Shown here: piece after piece, positions 46,248 through 54,611 of the stretch
How the letters are laid out: the number at the start of each line of letters is the position of its first letter
Numbering within the stretch: position 1 is the first letter of the stretch
Assembly: GCA_047621945.1 (NCBI GenBank)
Contig: JBLHMK010000001.1
Span: forward strand, 22,237-86,236
Source: Flavobacteriaceae bacterium
GTDB taxonomy: Bacteria > Bacteroidota > Bacteroidia > Chitinophagales > UBA8649
Length of the DNA: 64,000 nt
Direction of reading: 5' to 3'
Made by a program: the position numbers and the translations under genes
The notes under the pieces: model-generated
Databases searched by the model: none
The model's input: the letters and a program-made list of their open reading frames with translations, nothing else
Told to the model about the DNA's origin: nothing

Positions 46248-47285
46248 TTATGCCTTAGCTAATGTAAAGCCAAAAGTAGTCCCTACGCCGGTGTTACTGC
46301 GCACGTGGATGGTTTGCTCATGGGCATCAATAATATGTTTACAAATTGAGAGTCCAAGCCCGTTTCCACCCTCATATCTAGATCGATGACTATCTACCCG
46401 ATAAAATCGTTCAAACAATCTTGGTAAATGTTGCTGTTCTATTCCAGGTCCATCATCAGTAACTTCGATCAAGATATGATTACCCATTGTATAAATGCCT
46501 ACAAGAACTACCCCTTCTTCGTTACCATATTTAATTGCATTAATAACTAGATTGTTTAATATAGTCTCCACTTGCGCTCTATCTGCATTAACCATTTTAC
46601 TGTTCGGGTTTTCTGCTTTTTGTTTGAGTTTTATGTCTTTTACTTCCGCAGACATTTCGTGTGACTCAAATACATCTTCAACTAACTTTACTATGTCGAA
46701 TTTACTAATTGAAAGGTCTAAATTCCCGGATTCATTCTCTGAAATAATCAATAGATTATCTACAATACTTGAAAGTCGATCTAAATTTTTTGAAGCTTTC
46801 TTTAGATAACTAGTATTCACCTCGGGATTGTCTAGTGCGCCATTCAAGAGGGTTTCGATGTATCCTTGGGTGTTAAAAATAGGTGTTTTGAGTTCATGAC
46901 TAACGTCTCCTAAAAACTCTCTCCTATACCTTGCCATTTTCTTGAGTTCTTCAATTTCGCTGGCTTTGGAATGACTAAACTCTTTTACTCTAGCTTCTAC
47001 TTCATTTAAGGGGTCATCAGCTTGTTGTGTGATTTGACTACTACTTCCGGACTTTAACTGGTGTACATTTTTATAAATCAACTTGATTCTTCGGTAAATG
47101 AATCCATCTACTAAAAAGTAGATTATCGCATAGCTAACAAGAAAGGAAAGTATTACAAAGAGCAATAGAAAATACCAATTTAATTCCCAATTGAAAATGA
47201 ATGTCACGCTAAGCAAAACACCCATGCCTGCTGCAATTAGAATTGAAGCTATTAAAGCTACTTGGAGTAAACTAGCGTTTTTCAT
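46248..47285 (-). CDS. Sensor histidine kinase (intramembrane-sensing type)
   Basis: 345-aa ORF. Two N-terminal TM helices with a minimal external loop. H-box DVSHELKTPIF, N-box LVINAIKYG, G1 VTDDGPGI and G2 GGNGLGLSICK. Start overlaps the RR stop (ATGA). Confidence 0.9.
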   Translation of the reverse strand: MKNASLLQVALIASILIAAGMGVLLSVTFIFNWELNWYFLLLFVILSFLVSYAIIYFLVDGFIYRRIKLIYKNVHQLKSGSSSQITQQADDPLNEVEARVKEFSHSKASEIEELKKMARYRREFLGDVSHELKTPIFNTQGYIETLLNGALDNPEVNTSYLKKASKNLDRLSSIVDNLLIISENESGNLDLSISKFDIVKLVEDVFESHEMSAEVKDIKLKQKAENPNSKMVNADRAQVETILNNLVINAIKYGNEEGVVLVGIYTMGNHILIEVTDDGPGIEQQHLPRLFERFYRVDSHRSRYEGGNGLGLSICKHIIDAHEQTIHVRSNTGVGTTFGFTLAKA

Positions 47286-47962
47286 GCATGAAATTTATAT
47301 CCTACACCTTTGACCGTTACAAAATGATCGTTTCCTATTTTTTCTCGTAATTTTCGAATGTGAACATCAATAGTTCGATCTACAACTATTGTTTCTGTTC
47401 CCCAAACTTTAGTAAGAATTTCTTCTCGTGTAAAAACTCGCCCTGGCTTAGACATAAGTAGGCAAAGGAGATTGAATTCTTTTTTGGGAAGAGATAGTTC
47501 TTTATCAGCTATAAAAACTAAATGTTGATTTAAATCTATTTTAACTCCGCTAGCTTCTATTGAATTTTGTTCTTCCTCAAGGTGATTTCTGCGCAAGAGG
47601 CTTTTGATTTTACTTATAAGTAATCTAGGCTTGATTGGTTTTGAAATGTAATCATCCGCTCCAGCATCAAATCCTGCAATCTGGCTATAGTCTTCGTGCC
47701 TAGCTGTTAAAAACGTAATTAGCGTATTTTTAAACTCGGGCAATTTCCTAAGTTCATTACAAACTTCCATTCCATCCATATTGGGCATCATTACATCAAG
47801 TACAATTAGATGGGGTTTAAAAGTCTTGGCTAATTCAATAGCTATGACTCCATCCTCAGCACAAGCGGTTTGAAAACCTTCTTGTTGTAAATTGTATCGA
47901 ATGAACTCTAAGGTATCTTCTTCATCATCTACTAATAAGATTTTTATCTCTGAATTTTCCAT
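47282..47962 (-). CDS. OmpR/PhoB-family response regulator
   Basis: 226-aa ORF. Receiver motifs ILLVDDEED, DVMMPNMDG and SKP. Winged-helix C-terminus ...RTIDVHIRKLREKIG...VKGVGYKFHA. This is the only gene in the window ending in TGA. Confidence 0.9.
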   Translation of the reverse strand: MENSEIKILLVDDEEDTLEFIRYNLQQEGFQTACAEDGVIAIELAKTFKPHLIVLDVMMPNMDGMEVCNELRKLPEFKNTLITFLTARHEDYSQIAGFDAGADDYISKPIKPRLLISKIKSLLRRNHLEEEQNSIEASGVKIDLNQHLVFIADKELSLPKKEFNLLCLLMSKPGRVFTREEILTKVWGTETIVVDRTIDVHIRKLREKIGNDHFVTVKGVGYKFHA

Positions 47963-47979
47963 AATTATCTATTTGACTG

Positions 47980-47987
47980 CAAATATA
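47980..47987 (-). promoter_or_regulatory. Bacteroidota -7 promoter box (TAtaTTTG) for the two-component operon
   Basis: The plus strand reads caaatata, which is TATATTTG on the minus strand, 17 nt upstream of the ATG at 47962. Confidence 0.45.
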
Positions 47988-48105
47988 CAGGGTTTAGTTT
48001 ATTGAATTCGCTTCTTAATTATTTGTTTACAAACCTGTTTAATTCTTAAAGATTAGATAACATAGCGATAAGATGCTGCTTATTTCGATAAATCATATTT
48101 GCAGC

Positions 48106-49461
48106 ATGAAAAAAAATATAAAAACTATGAAAAATTTATTGTTACCGTTAATGGCCTTAGGTCTTATGAATTTCTTTCTTCAATCTTGCAAAGAAGATGA
48201 TGAATGTGAAGGTGTTGCTTGCTCGGCTAATCAAACTTGTGAAGATGGAACTTGTGTAGATGTTTCTGAGAACGAGTTGGTTCAAGGCTTTATAAGTCAG
48301 GATGTAACATGGACAGCAGATAAGGTTTATGAGTTAAGCGGAAGAGTGGTAGTACGAAGCGGAGCTACACTAAGTATAGAAGCAGGTACTCTTATTAAGG
48401 GCCAAGAAGGAACAGGGTCTAGTGCCAGTGTTTTAATCGTGGAAAGAGGAGCAATGATAGATGCACAAGGAACTGCTACTAGTCCAATTATTTTTACTTC
48501 TCAATCGGATAATATTAAACCAGGTGAAATTGCAGGTAGTAATCTAGATGAAACAGTAAATGAACTATGGGGGGGATTAATTATTTTAGGAAATGCGCCT
48601 GTTTCAACTGAAGACGGAGATGTATTGGGTCAGGTAGAAGGAATTCCTTCGAATGAAACTTATGGTCAGTATGGAGGAAGTGATGCAAATGATAACTCAG
48701 GAACATTGACTTATGTATCGATTCGTCATGGTGGTATTACTATTGGAGATGGTAACGAAATTAATGGTCTAACCCTAGGTGGGGTTGGCGCAGGAACTAC
48801 TATTGACCACATAGAGATTGTTGCAAACTTAGATGATGGAGTAGAATTTTTTGGAGGTACAGTTAATGCTTCAAACATTATAGTTATCTATCAAGGAGAT
48901 GATGGCATCGATATTGATCAAAATTATTCTGGAACTATTGACAATGTTATAGTTATTAGTGGTGACGGTATTGGTACAGACGAAGCCTTAGAAATAGATG
49001 GCCCGGAGAATTCAACTTACACAACAGGATTATTCACGATTAGAAATGGTTCTTTTATCAATGAAGGGACTTCTGGCTCGGCTGGTGATTTAAAATCTAA
49101 AGCGCAGGGAACTATAGAGAACTGTACATTTGAAGGTTTTACTTCTGGATTAAAAATAAGAGCAAGCTTTTCTGATACGACTTTATGCACGGAGAAAGAA
49201 GATTCATATGCACATTTATCTGCAGCATCACCAAGCTTGATTGTTAGGAATAATCAGTTTGGAACAAATTCAACACTTGCAGATTACGTAAATGTTTATT
49301 CAGGTTCTTGTACCGATTGTTCTTGTCCAAGTGGCGTAGAAGGTAATAGTGATAACATTATTGCTGCTGACGGGAATACTGCTGCTGCTTCAGTAAGCGG
49401 GGGAGCAGTGCGATCAGAGTTTAGTAATTGGACCTGGGCAGCAGAAAGAGGGAAATTATAA
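48106..49461 (+). CDS. Hypothetical lipoprotein (Cys-rich N-terminal knot plus beta-helix-like repeats), partner of the downstream TonB-dependent receptor
   Basis: Signal peptide with lipobox LQSC, then CEGVACSANQTCEDGTCVD and repetitive G-rich strands (GTLIKGQEGTGSSASVLIVERGAMIDAQG...). The start is moved to Met12 of the track ORF. Met19 (48127) is an equally good alternative. Confidence 0.6.
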   Translation: MKKNIKTMKNLLLPLMALGLMNFFLQSCKEDDECEGVACSANQTCEDGTCVDVSENELVQGFISQDVTWTADKVYELSGRVVVRSGATLSIEAGTLIKGQEGTGSSASVLIVERGAMIDAQGTATSPIIFTSQSDNIKPGEIAGSNLDETVNELWGGLIILGNAPVSTEDGDVLGQVEGIPSNETYGQYGGSDANDNSGTLTYVSIRHGGITIGDGNEINGLTLGGVGAGTTIDHIEIVANLDDGVEFFGGTVNASNIIVIYQGDDGIDIDQNYSGTIDNVIVISGDGIGTDEALEIDGPENSTYTTGLFTIRNGSFINEGTSGSAGDLKSKAQGTIENCTFEGFTSGLKIRASFSDTTLCTEKEDSYAHLSAASPSLIVRNNQFGTNSTLADYVNVYSGSCTDCSCPSGVEGNSDNIIAADGNTAAASVSGGAVRSEFSNWTWAAERGKL

Positions 49462-49535
49462 AAAAAATATAACATTCATTTATGAAAGGCGCTAGTTTTA
49501 CTAGTGCCTTTTGTGATGTTAGGAAATCAGGGATT

Positions 49536-52415
49536 ATGAAGAATTTAGTTTTAGTTGTGTTAAGTGTTTTTGCTTTAAATATGGGTATGGCACAACAGGG
49601 GAAGTTAAGAGGTACAATTATTGACAAGGAAAATGCAGAAACGCTAATTGGAGTGAGTATAGTTTTGGAAGGAACAACCACAGGAACGATTACGGATCTT
49701 GATGGTAACTACAATTTAAACTTAGACCCAGGCACTTACACCGTATTATTTTCTTATATCTCTTATGCTACCCAGCGAGTAACTGATGTGCTTATAAAGC
49801 CAGGAGAAACAAAGCTAATTGATATTCAACTAGGAACAGATGCAGAACAAATTGGTGAGGTGGTAGTTAAAGCTGAGCGAATTACAAACAGTGAAACTGC
49901 CCTATTGACTATCCAAAAGAAATCTACGGCTGTTTTGGATGGAGTTTCTTCTCAAACTTTTAGTAAGACAGGGGATAATGATGCTGCTGCCGCTATAAAG
50001 CGAGTAACGGGAGTATCCGTTGAGGGAGGGAAGTATGTGTACGTGAGAGGATTAGGAGATAGGTATACTAAAACTCAACTTAATGGAGTAGATATACCTG
50101 GTTTAGATCCGGATAGAAATTCGGTTCAAATGGATATCTTCCCCGCGAATTTATTAGATAATATTTTAGTTTACAAAACATTTAATCCAGATTTACCCGG
50201 AGATTTTACTGGAGGATTGGTTGATGTAACTACTAAGAGTTTTCCTTCTACCTCAACCTTTGGGTTTTCGGCCAGTTTGGGTTACACTGCAGGAATGAAT
50301 TTGAATAGTAACGCGCTTCGATATAAAGGTGGCGCAGGGACATTTTTCGGATTTGGAAATAAGTTTCGGGAGCTTCCTTTTCCGGAAAACACTAACATCC
50401 CTAATCGATTCGAATTCAATCCAACATTAACTGAGTTAACGGGTGGTTTTAATCGTCAATTAGCTCCAACTCAATTTACCAGCCCGTTGAATGGAAGCTT
50501 ATCTATTTCAAGAGGAAATCAAGTAAACAAGGAGAAAGTAACTTTAGGGTTTAACTCTGCTTTTAATTATCGATACCAATTTAGAAACTATGATAATTTT
50601 GAGTTTGGAAGATCGATTAAAGATCAATCTTCAGAAACTGAACTTTTACAAACACAATATGCTAGTGGGCAACGTTCTGAGCAGGAAGTTCAGTGGAGTG
50701 GAATGTTAGGTGGAGCATTGAAAACTAACAAGAGTAAATTTATTTTGAATTTACTTCATAGTCAAAATGCAGTAAGTCGATCAGCGCTATATGACCTTAC
50801 CTATCCTTCTGGACAAAACACGGCTTTACCTAAAAAGCAATTCGTACTTGATTATTCTCAGCGATCAGTGTCCAATATGCTATTGGGAGGTAAACATAGT
50901 ATCCGTCCTGATAAATGGGAACTGGAGTGGAAGCTTTCACCCACTTTTTCAAAGATTACAGAACCTGATATTAGAAGCACAACCTATCTTATAGAAAATG
51001 ATGAATTTATTATTGATAATGGTGACGGAGCGGTTCCTGAAAGATTTTATCGTTCATTAAACGAGATTAATATGGTGGCTCGTATGGATGTGACTCACGA
51101 TTTCAAAGTATGGAAGAATTTAGATTCTAAGTTGAAATTTGGATTTGCAAGCACTTATAAAAATCGTGATTATCAAATCTTGAGATTTATATTTAATTCT
51201 ACGCTAGATGCTGACCTTACTGGTAATGCAGATGAGTTGTTCTCGGATGAATTGTTGTGGACGCCATCGAATAGAACTGGAACCTATGTAAGAGCTGAAG
51301 AAAGCTTAAATGACAATCCAAACATTTATACTGCAACTCAAAACGTAGCAGCGATTTATGTGATGAACGAATTACCGATTACTCCGGTATTCAAAGCTTC
51401 CTATGGATTGCGTTATGAGAGAACGGATAACTGGATAACTGGATATGGAAGATTGTCAGGTGAACAAATCAATCGGGATATTGAAGGGGAGAAAGTATTG
51501 ACAGAAAACGATTTCTTACCCGCTTTAAATTTAATTTATAATGTAACTAAAGATATGAACTTAAGAATGTCTTATAGTAGAACATTAGCAAGACCTTCTT
51601 TCAAGGAAAAATCATTCGTAAGTATTCTGGATCCTTTATCTGGAATCAGATTTATTGGTAACATTGATTTGGAGAAAACGAACATTGAGAATGTAGACCT
51701 TCGTTGGGAGAATTTCTTTAAACGTGGTCAAATGATATCGGTGAGTTCATTCTATAAGCACTTTAAAAATCCTATTGAGATTGCCGGATTTGAACTTGAA
51801 CAAGATGATATCACTCCACGTAATGCTGGTACAGCTCATTTAATAGGAGCCGAGTTTGAGTTCAGGAAAGATTTTGGGTGGATTAGCTCTAAAATGGCTG
51901 ACTTATCTATAGGTGCAAATGTAACTTATGTAAAATCCTTGATTGATATGAGAAAAATTACGGTAGGGGCTGGAGCTGATGGAGTTTTTGGAACCGATGA
52001 CGATCGTACTGAATTCGAATCTAGAAGTGATAACTTAAGAGATGGAGAAACATTAGGTAATTTCCGTAGTATGTTTGGTCAGTCGCCGTTTATAGTAAAT
52101 GCCAATATCACTTATTCAAATGATACGGTTGGATTTGAAGCGAACTTATCGTATAACATACAAGGGAAAAGATTGGCTGTTGTTGGAGTTGGCGTGCGAC
52201 CAGATGTATACGACCAATCTTTTCATAGTTTGAATCTTAAGCTTTCCCAGCGGTTTGGAAAAGAAGACAGATGGAAAGCGAGCATCACCGCTCAAAACCT
52301 AATAGGTGATTTAAGAGAGAAGTTTTATGAGTCTTATGAAGCAGAAGCTCAAGTGTTTGAGCGCTTCGATCCAGGAAGAAGCTTTTCAGTGGGAATTTCC
52401 TACCTCATTAAATAA
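49536..52415 (+). CDS. TonB-dependent receptor with N-terminal carboxypeptidase-regulatory-like domain
   Basis: Signal peptide MKNLVLVVLSVFALNMGMAQQ (start moved to Met19). CarbopepD_reg-like GKLRGTIIDKENAETLIGVSIVLEGTTTGTITDLDGNYNL. Plug region VTGVSVEGGKYVYVRGLGDRYTKTQLNG, followed by a long beta-barrel. Confidence 0.85.
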   Translation: MKNLVLVVLSVFALNMGMAQQGKLRGTIIDKENAETLIGVSIVLEGTTTGTITDLDGNYNLNLDPGTYTVLFSYISYATQRVTDVLIKPGETKLIDIQLGTDAEQIGEVVVKAERITNSETALLTIQKKSTAVLDGVSSQTFSKTGDNDAAAAIKRVTGVSVEGGKYVYVRGLGDRYTKTQLNGVDIPGLDPDRNSVQMDIFPANLLDNILVYKTFNPDLPGDFTGGLVDVTTKSFPSTSTFGFSASLGYTAGMNLNSNALRYKGGAGTFFGFGNKFRELPFPENTNIPNRFEFNPTLTELTGGFNRQLAPTQFTSPLNGSLSISRGNQVNKEKVTLGFNSAFNYRYQFRNYDNFEFGRSIKDQSSETELLQTQYASGQRSEQEVQWSGMLGGALKTNKSKFILNLLHSQNAVSRSALYDLTYPSGQNTALPKKQFVLDYSQRSVSNMLLGGKHSIRPDKWELEWKLSPTFSKITEPDIRSTTYLIENDEFIIDNGDGAVPERFYRSLNEINMVARMDVTHDFKVWKNLDSKLKFGFASTYKNRDYQILRFIFNSTLDADLTGNADELFSDELLWTPSNRTGTYVRAEESLNDNPNIYTATQNVAAIYVMNELPITPVFKASYGLRYERTDNWITGYGRLSGEQINRDIEGEKVLTENDFLPALNLIYNVTKDMNLRMSYSRTLARPSFKEKSFVSILDPLSGIRFIGNIDLEKTNIENVDLRWENFFKRGQMISVSSFYKHFKNPIEIAGFELEQDDITPRNAGTAHLIGAEFEFRKDFGWISSKMADLSIGANVTYVKSLIDMRKITVGAGADGVFGTDDDRTEFESRSDNLRDGETLGNFRSMFGQSPFIVNANITYSNDTVGFEANLSYNIQGKRLAVVGVGVRPDVYDQSFHSLNLKLSQRFGKEDRWKASITAQNLIGDLREKFYESYEAEAQVFERFDPGRSFSVGISYLIK

Positions 52416-52420
52416 GAAAC

Positions 52421-52456
52421 AAAAAAAATCCGAACCTTTAAAGGTTCGGATTTTTT
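52421..52456. terminator. Bidirectional intrinsic terminator shared by the convergent TonB-receptor and ferritin genes
   Basis: Stem tccgaacc / ggttcgga with loop tttaaa, flanked by A8 upstream and T6 downstream. It lies between the stops at 52415 (+) and 52458 (-). Confidence 0.8.
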
Positions 52457-52457
52457 A

Positions 52458-52982
52458 TTATGCTGCACTATCAGCAGGAGGCTCGGGGCTTGGTTTAGCC
52501 AAGCTACCTAATTCTTTATCGATGTAGTACAAACTTTGTGCACCTGTACCGATAAGCTTAATTTTATCTAAAACTTTCTGAAACAAAGTTTCTTCTTCCC
52601 GTTGTTCTTGAACGAAAAAACGCAACATTTCAATCGTTACGTGGTCATCTTCTGCTTTAGCCAATTCTACTAATTTAAAAATGGCTTGCGTAACCTCTTT
52701 CTCTGTACTGTAAGCCGTTTCACAAATCTCTTTAACCTCATTGAATTTGTGATTAGGTTGTTTCACTGGGGGCACTAATGCGTGTCCGCCTACCTCATTG
52801 ATGTATTGAAACAATTTGATGAAATGCAAATTTTCCTCATGCGCGTGACCATAGAAAAAACTTGCAGCTCCATCCATACCCCTTGTTTCGCACCAGCTAG
52901 CCATGGCTAGATATTGCAAGGAAGCTTCTAGTTCATATAGAAGGTGATCATTTAAAGCTTTTTCTATTTTTTTTGAAATCAT
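52458..52982 (-). CDS. ftn: Ferritin (non-haem, Ftn type)
   Basis: 174-aa ORF. Ferroxidase-centre pattern ELEASLQYLAMASW...HAHEENLHFIKLF...FVQEQREEE. Confidence 0.9.
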   Translation of the reverse strand: MISKKIEKALNDHLLYELEASLQYLAMASWCETRGMDGAASFFYGHAHEENLHFIKLFQYINEVGGHALVPPVKQPNHKFNEVKEICETAYSTEKEVTQAIFKLVELAKAEDDHVTIEMLRFFVQEQREEETLFQKVLDKIKLIGTGAQSLYYIDKELGSLAKPSPEPPADSAA

Positions 52983-53131
52983 AATAGTCTATTTTTTTAA
53001 TCTTAACGCAAGAATAAACACAAAAGTTGGTATTTTGAAATTTTAATTTTGAAGATATAGATAGCTCAGTATAGATCTTATAAAAAAAGGCCTCCAAAAT
53101 TGAAGCCTTTTTTATAAAGTTCAATGTATTC

Positions 53132-53580
53132 TTAACTTAAAGCTGCAATTACCAATACTTGACCCGGATAGATGTGATCTGGATCTTCTAACATTCGCTT
53201 AGTGGCTTCAAAAATTAGCTTATACTTGCTTGAATCGCCATATACTTTCTTAGAAAATTTTGATAAGTAATCTCCTGATACTAAAGTATAAAACTGAGTT
53301 TCTGGAGCTTCAACTACTTCTTCAACTTCAACTCTATCATCTACAGAGTTAATTCCTCGGATGTTTCCTGCTGCCATAACGATACGGTTATTTTCTTGCA
53401 AAGTATCTACTTTACCTTCAAGAATAACAATACTTCCATTTAAAGTAGCTTCTACACTATCTGAACTTTAATATGATTCAACATTGCGTTATTTTTGTCT
53501 TTGTCTGAAGCTAGATCTGCTTCTTCTATTCTGCCGAACAATTTCGCTCCAGCATCCTTTTCGAAAGAAAATAATCCTAA
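53132..53580 (-). pseudogene. Kbp/YgaU-like BON-LysM protein gene, frameshifted and lacking a start codon
   Basis: Track ORF 53132..53401 encodes the BON C-terminal part plus LysM (FYTLVSGDYLSKFSKKVYGDSSKYKLIFEA...IYPGQVLVI). Upstream in another frame, 53580-53455 reads (L)GLFSFEKDAGAKLFGRIEEADLASDKDKNNAMLNHIKVQ, matching the E. coli Kbp N-terminus MGLFNFVKDAGEKL. The frames switch near 53455-53468. The codon at the Met position is TTA, with an in-frame TAA three codons upstream. Confidence 0.7.
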
Positions 53581-53625
53581 GTGTTTTTAAGTTTCAATTT
53601 TAATAAATATGCTGAAAATGACTTC

Positions 53626-54576
53626 CTATTTCAAGCCAATTTCTCTTAATCGTTGATCCAAGTACTCTCCAGAAGTAATAGGTTTGTAGTTTAATGGATT
53701 GTCCGTTGTGATACAACTTTCAAGACAAGTCAAATTCATGTTACTTCTTGGGTGTAAGAAGAATGGAATAGAATACCTTGAGGTATGCCACATTTCTCTT
53801 GGTGGGTTAACTACTCGATGCGTGGTTGAACGTAAAACATTATTAGTTAAACGTTGTAACATATCACCTACATTGATTACTAGATGTCCTTCTGGAGCAT
53901 TTACAGAAACCCAGTTTCCGTCTTTATCTTTCACCTGAAGCCCTTCAGCTGAAGCACCTGCAAGCAAAGTAATCAAATTAATATCTTCATGCTGCTCTGC
54001 ACGAATAGAAGACTTGGGTTCACCTTGAATAGGTGGGTAATGGATAGCTCTTAATATGCTATTTCCATTATGTATTTTGGCTTCGAAATAATACTCGTCT
54101 AGATTTAAATATAAGGCGATAGCTCTTAACAAAAGGGCACCAGACTTTTCAAATGAAGTATATAACTTACGACCAATTTCTTCGAAATCAGGCAACAAAT
54201 CTACTACGATATTCGAGGGATATTCTTTTGAAATTTTATCGCCATCAGTTACTTCTTGGCCCATTTGCCAAAATTCTTTTAAATCAGGAGCATCAAAACC
54301 TTTCGCGTGCTCTCTACCGAAGCTAGTGTAGCCCCTTTGTCCAGCGTTTGCTATATCTTCATACTTCAACTTAGTTGTAGTGTCAAATTCAAAGAAACGT
54401 TTCACTTGCGTATAGAATGCATTAATATATTCATCTGGAACACCGTGATTCTTTACGGTGACAAATCCAACATCTTTCCATGCCTTTCCTAACTCTGCAA
54501 TAAATTCTTGACGTTGAGCGTCATTACCCGTCGCGAATTTTGATAAATCAACTGCAGGAATACTTGTTACAGCCAT
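53626..54576 (-). CDS. 2OG-Fe(II) oxygenase (isopenicillin-N-synthase-like family)
   Basis: 316-aa ORF. Iron-binding HxD (AEQHEDINLITLL) and distal His plus 2OG-binding Arg region (STTHRVVNP...RYSIPFF). Confidence 0.8.
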   Translation of the reverse strand: MAVTSIPAVDLSKFATGNDAQRQEFIAELGKAWKDVGFVTVKNHGVPDEYINAFYTQVKRFFEFDTTTKLKYEDIANAGQRGYTSFGREHAKGFDAPDLKEFWQMGQEVTDGDKISKEYPSNIVVDLLPDFEEIGRKLYTSFEKSGALLLRAIALYLNLDEYYFEAKIHNGNSILRAIHYPPIQGEPKSSIRAEQHEDINLITLLAGASAEGLQVKDKDGNWVSVNAPEGHLVINVGDMLQRLTNNVLRSTTHRVVNPPREMWHTSRYSIPFFLHPRSNMNLTCLESCITTDNPLNYKPITSGEYLDQRLREIGLK

Positions 54577-54611
54577 AAATAGTAAGTTTAATTGAATACA
54601 AAATTAAGCAA

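Noticed and set aside
53090-53122. Hairpin downstream of the LysM remnant (aaaaaaaggcctccaaaattgaagcctttttt), considered as a terminator feature.
   Set aside because: The stem is only ggc/gcc plus two interrupted pairs. The flanking A7/T6 runs are suggestive, but the structure is too weak to list as a feature.
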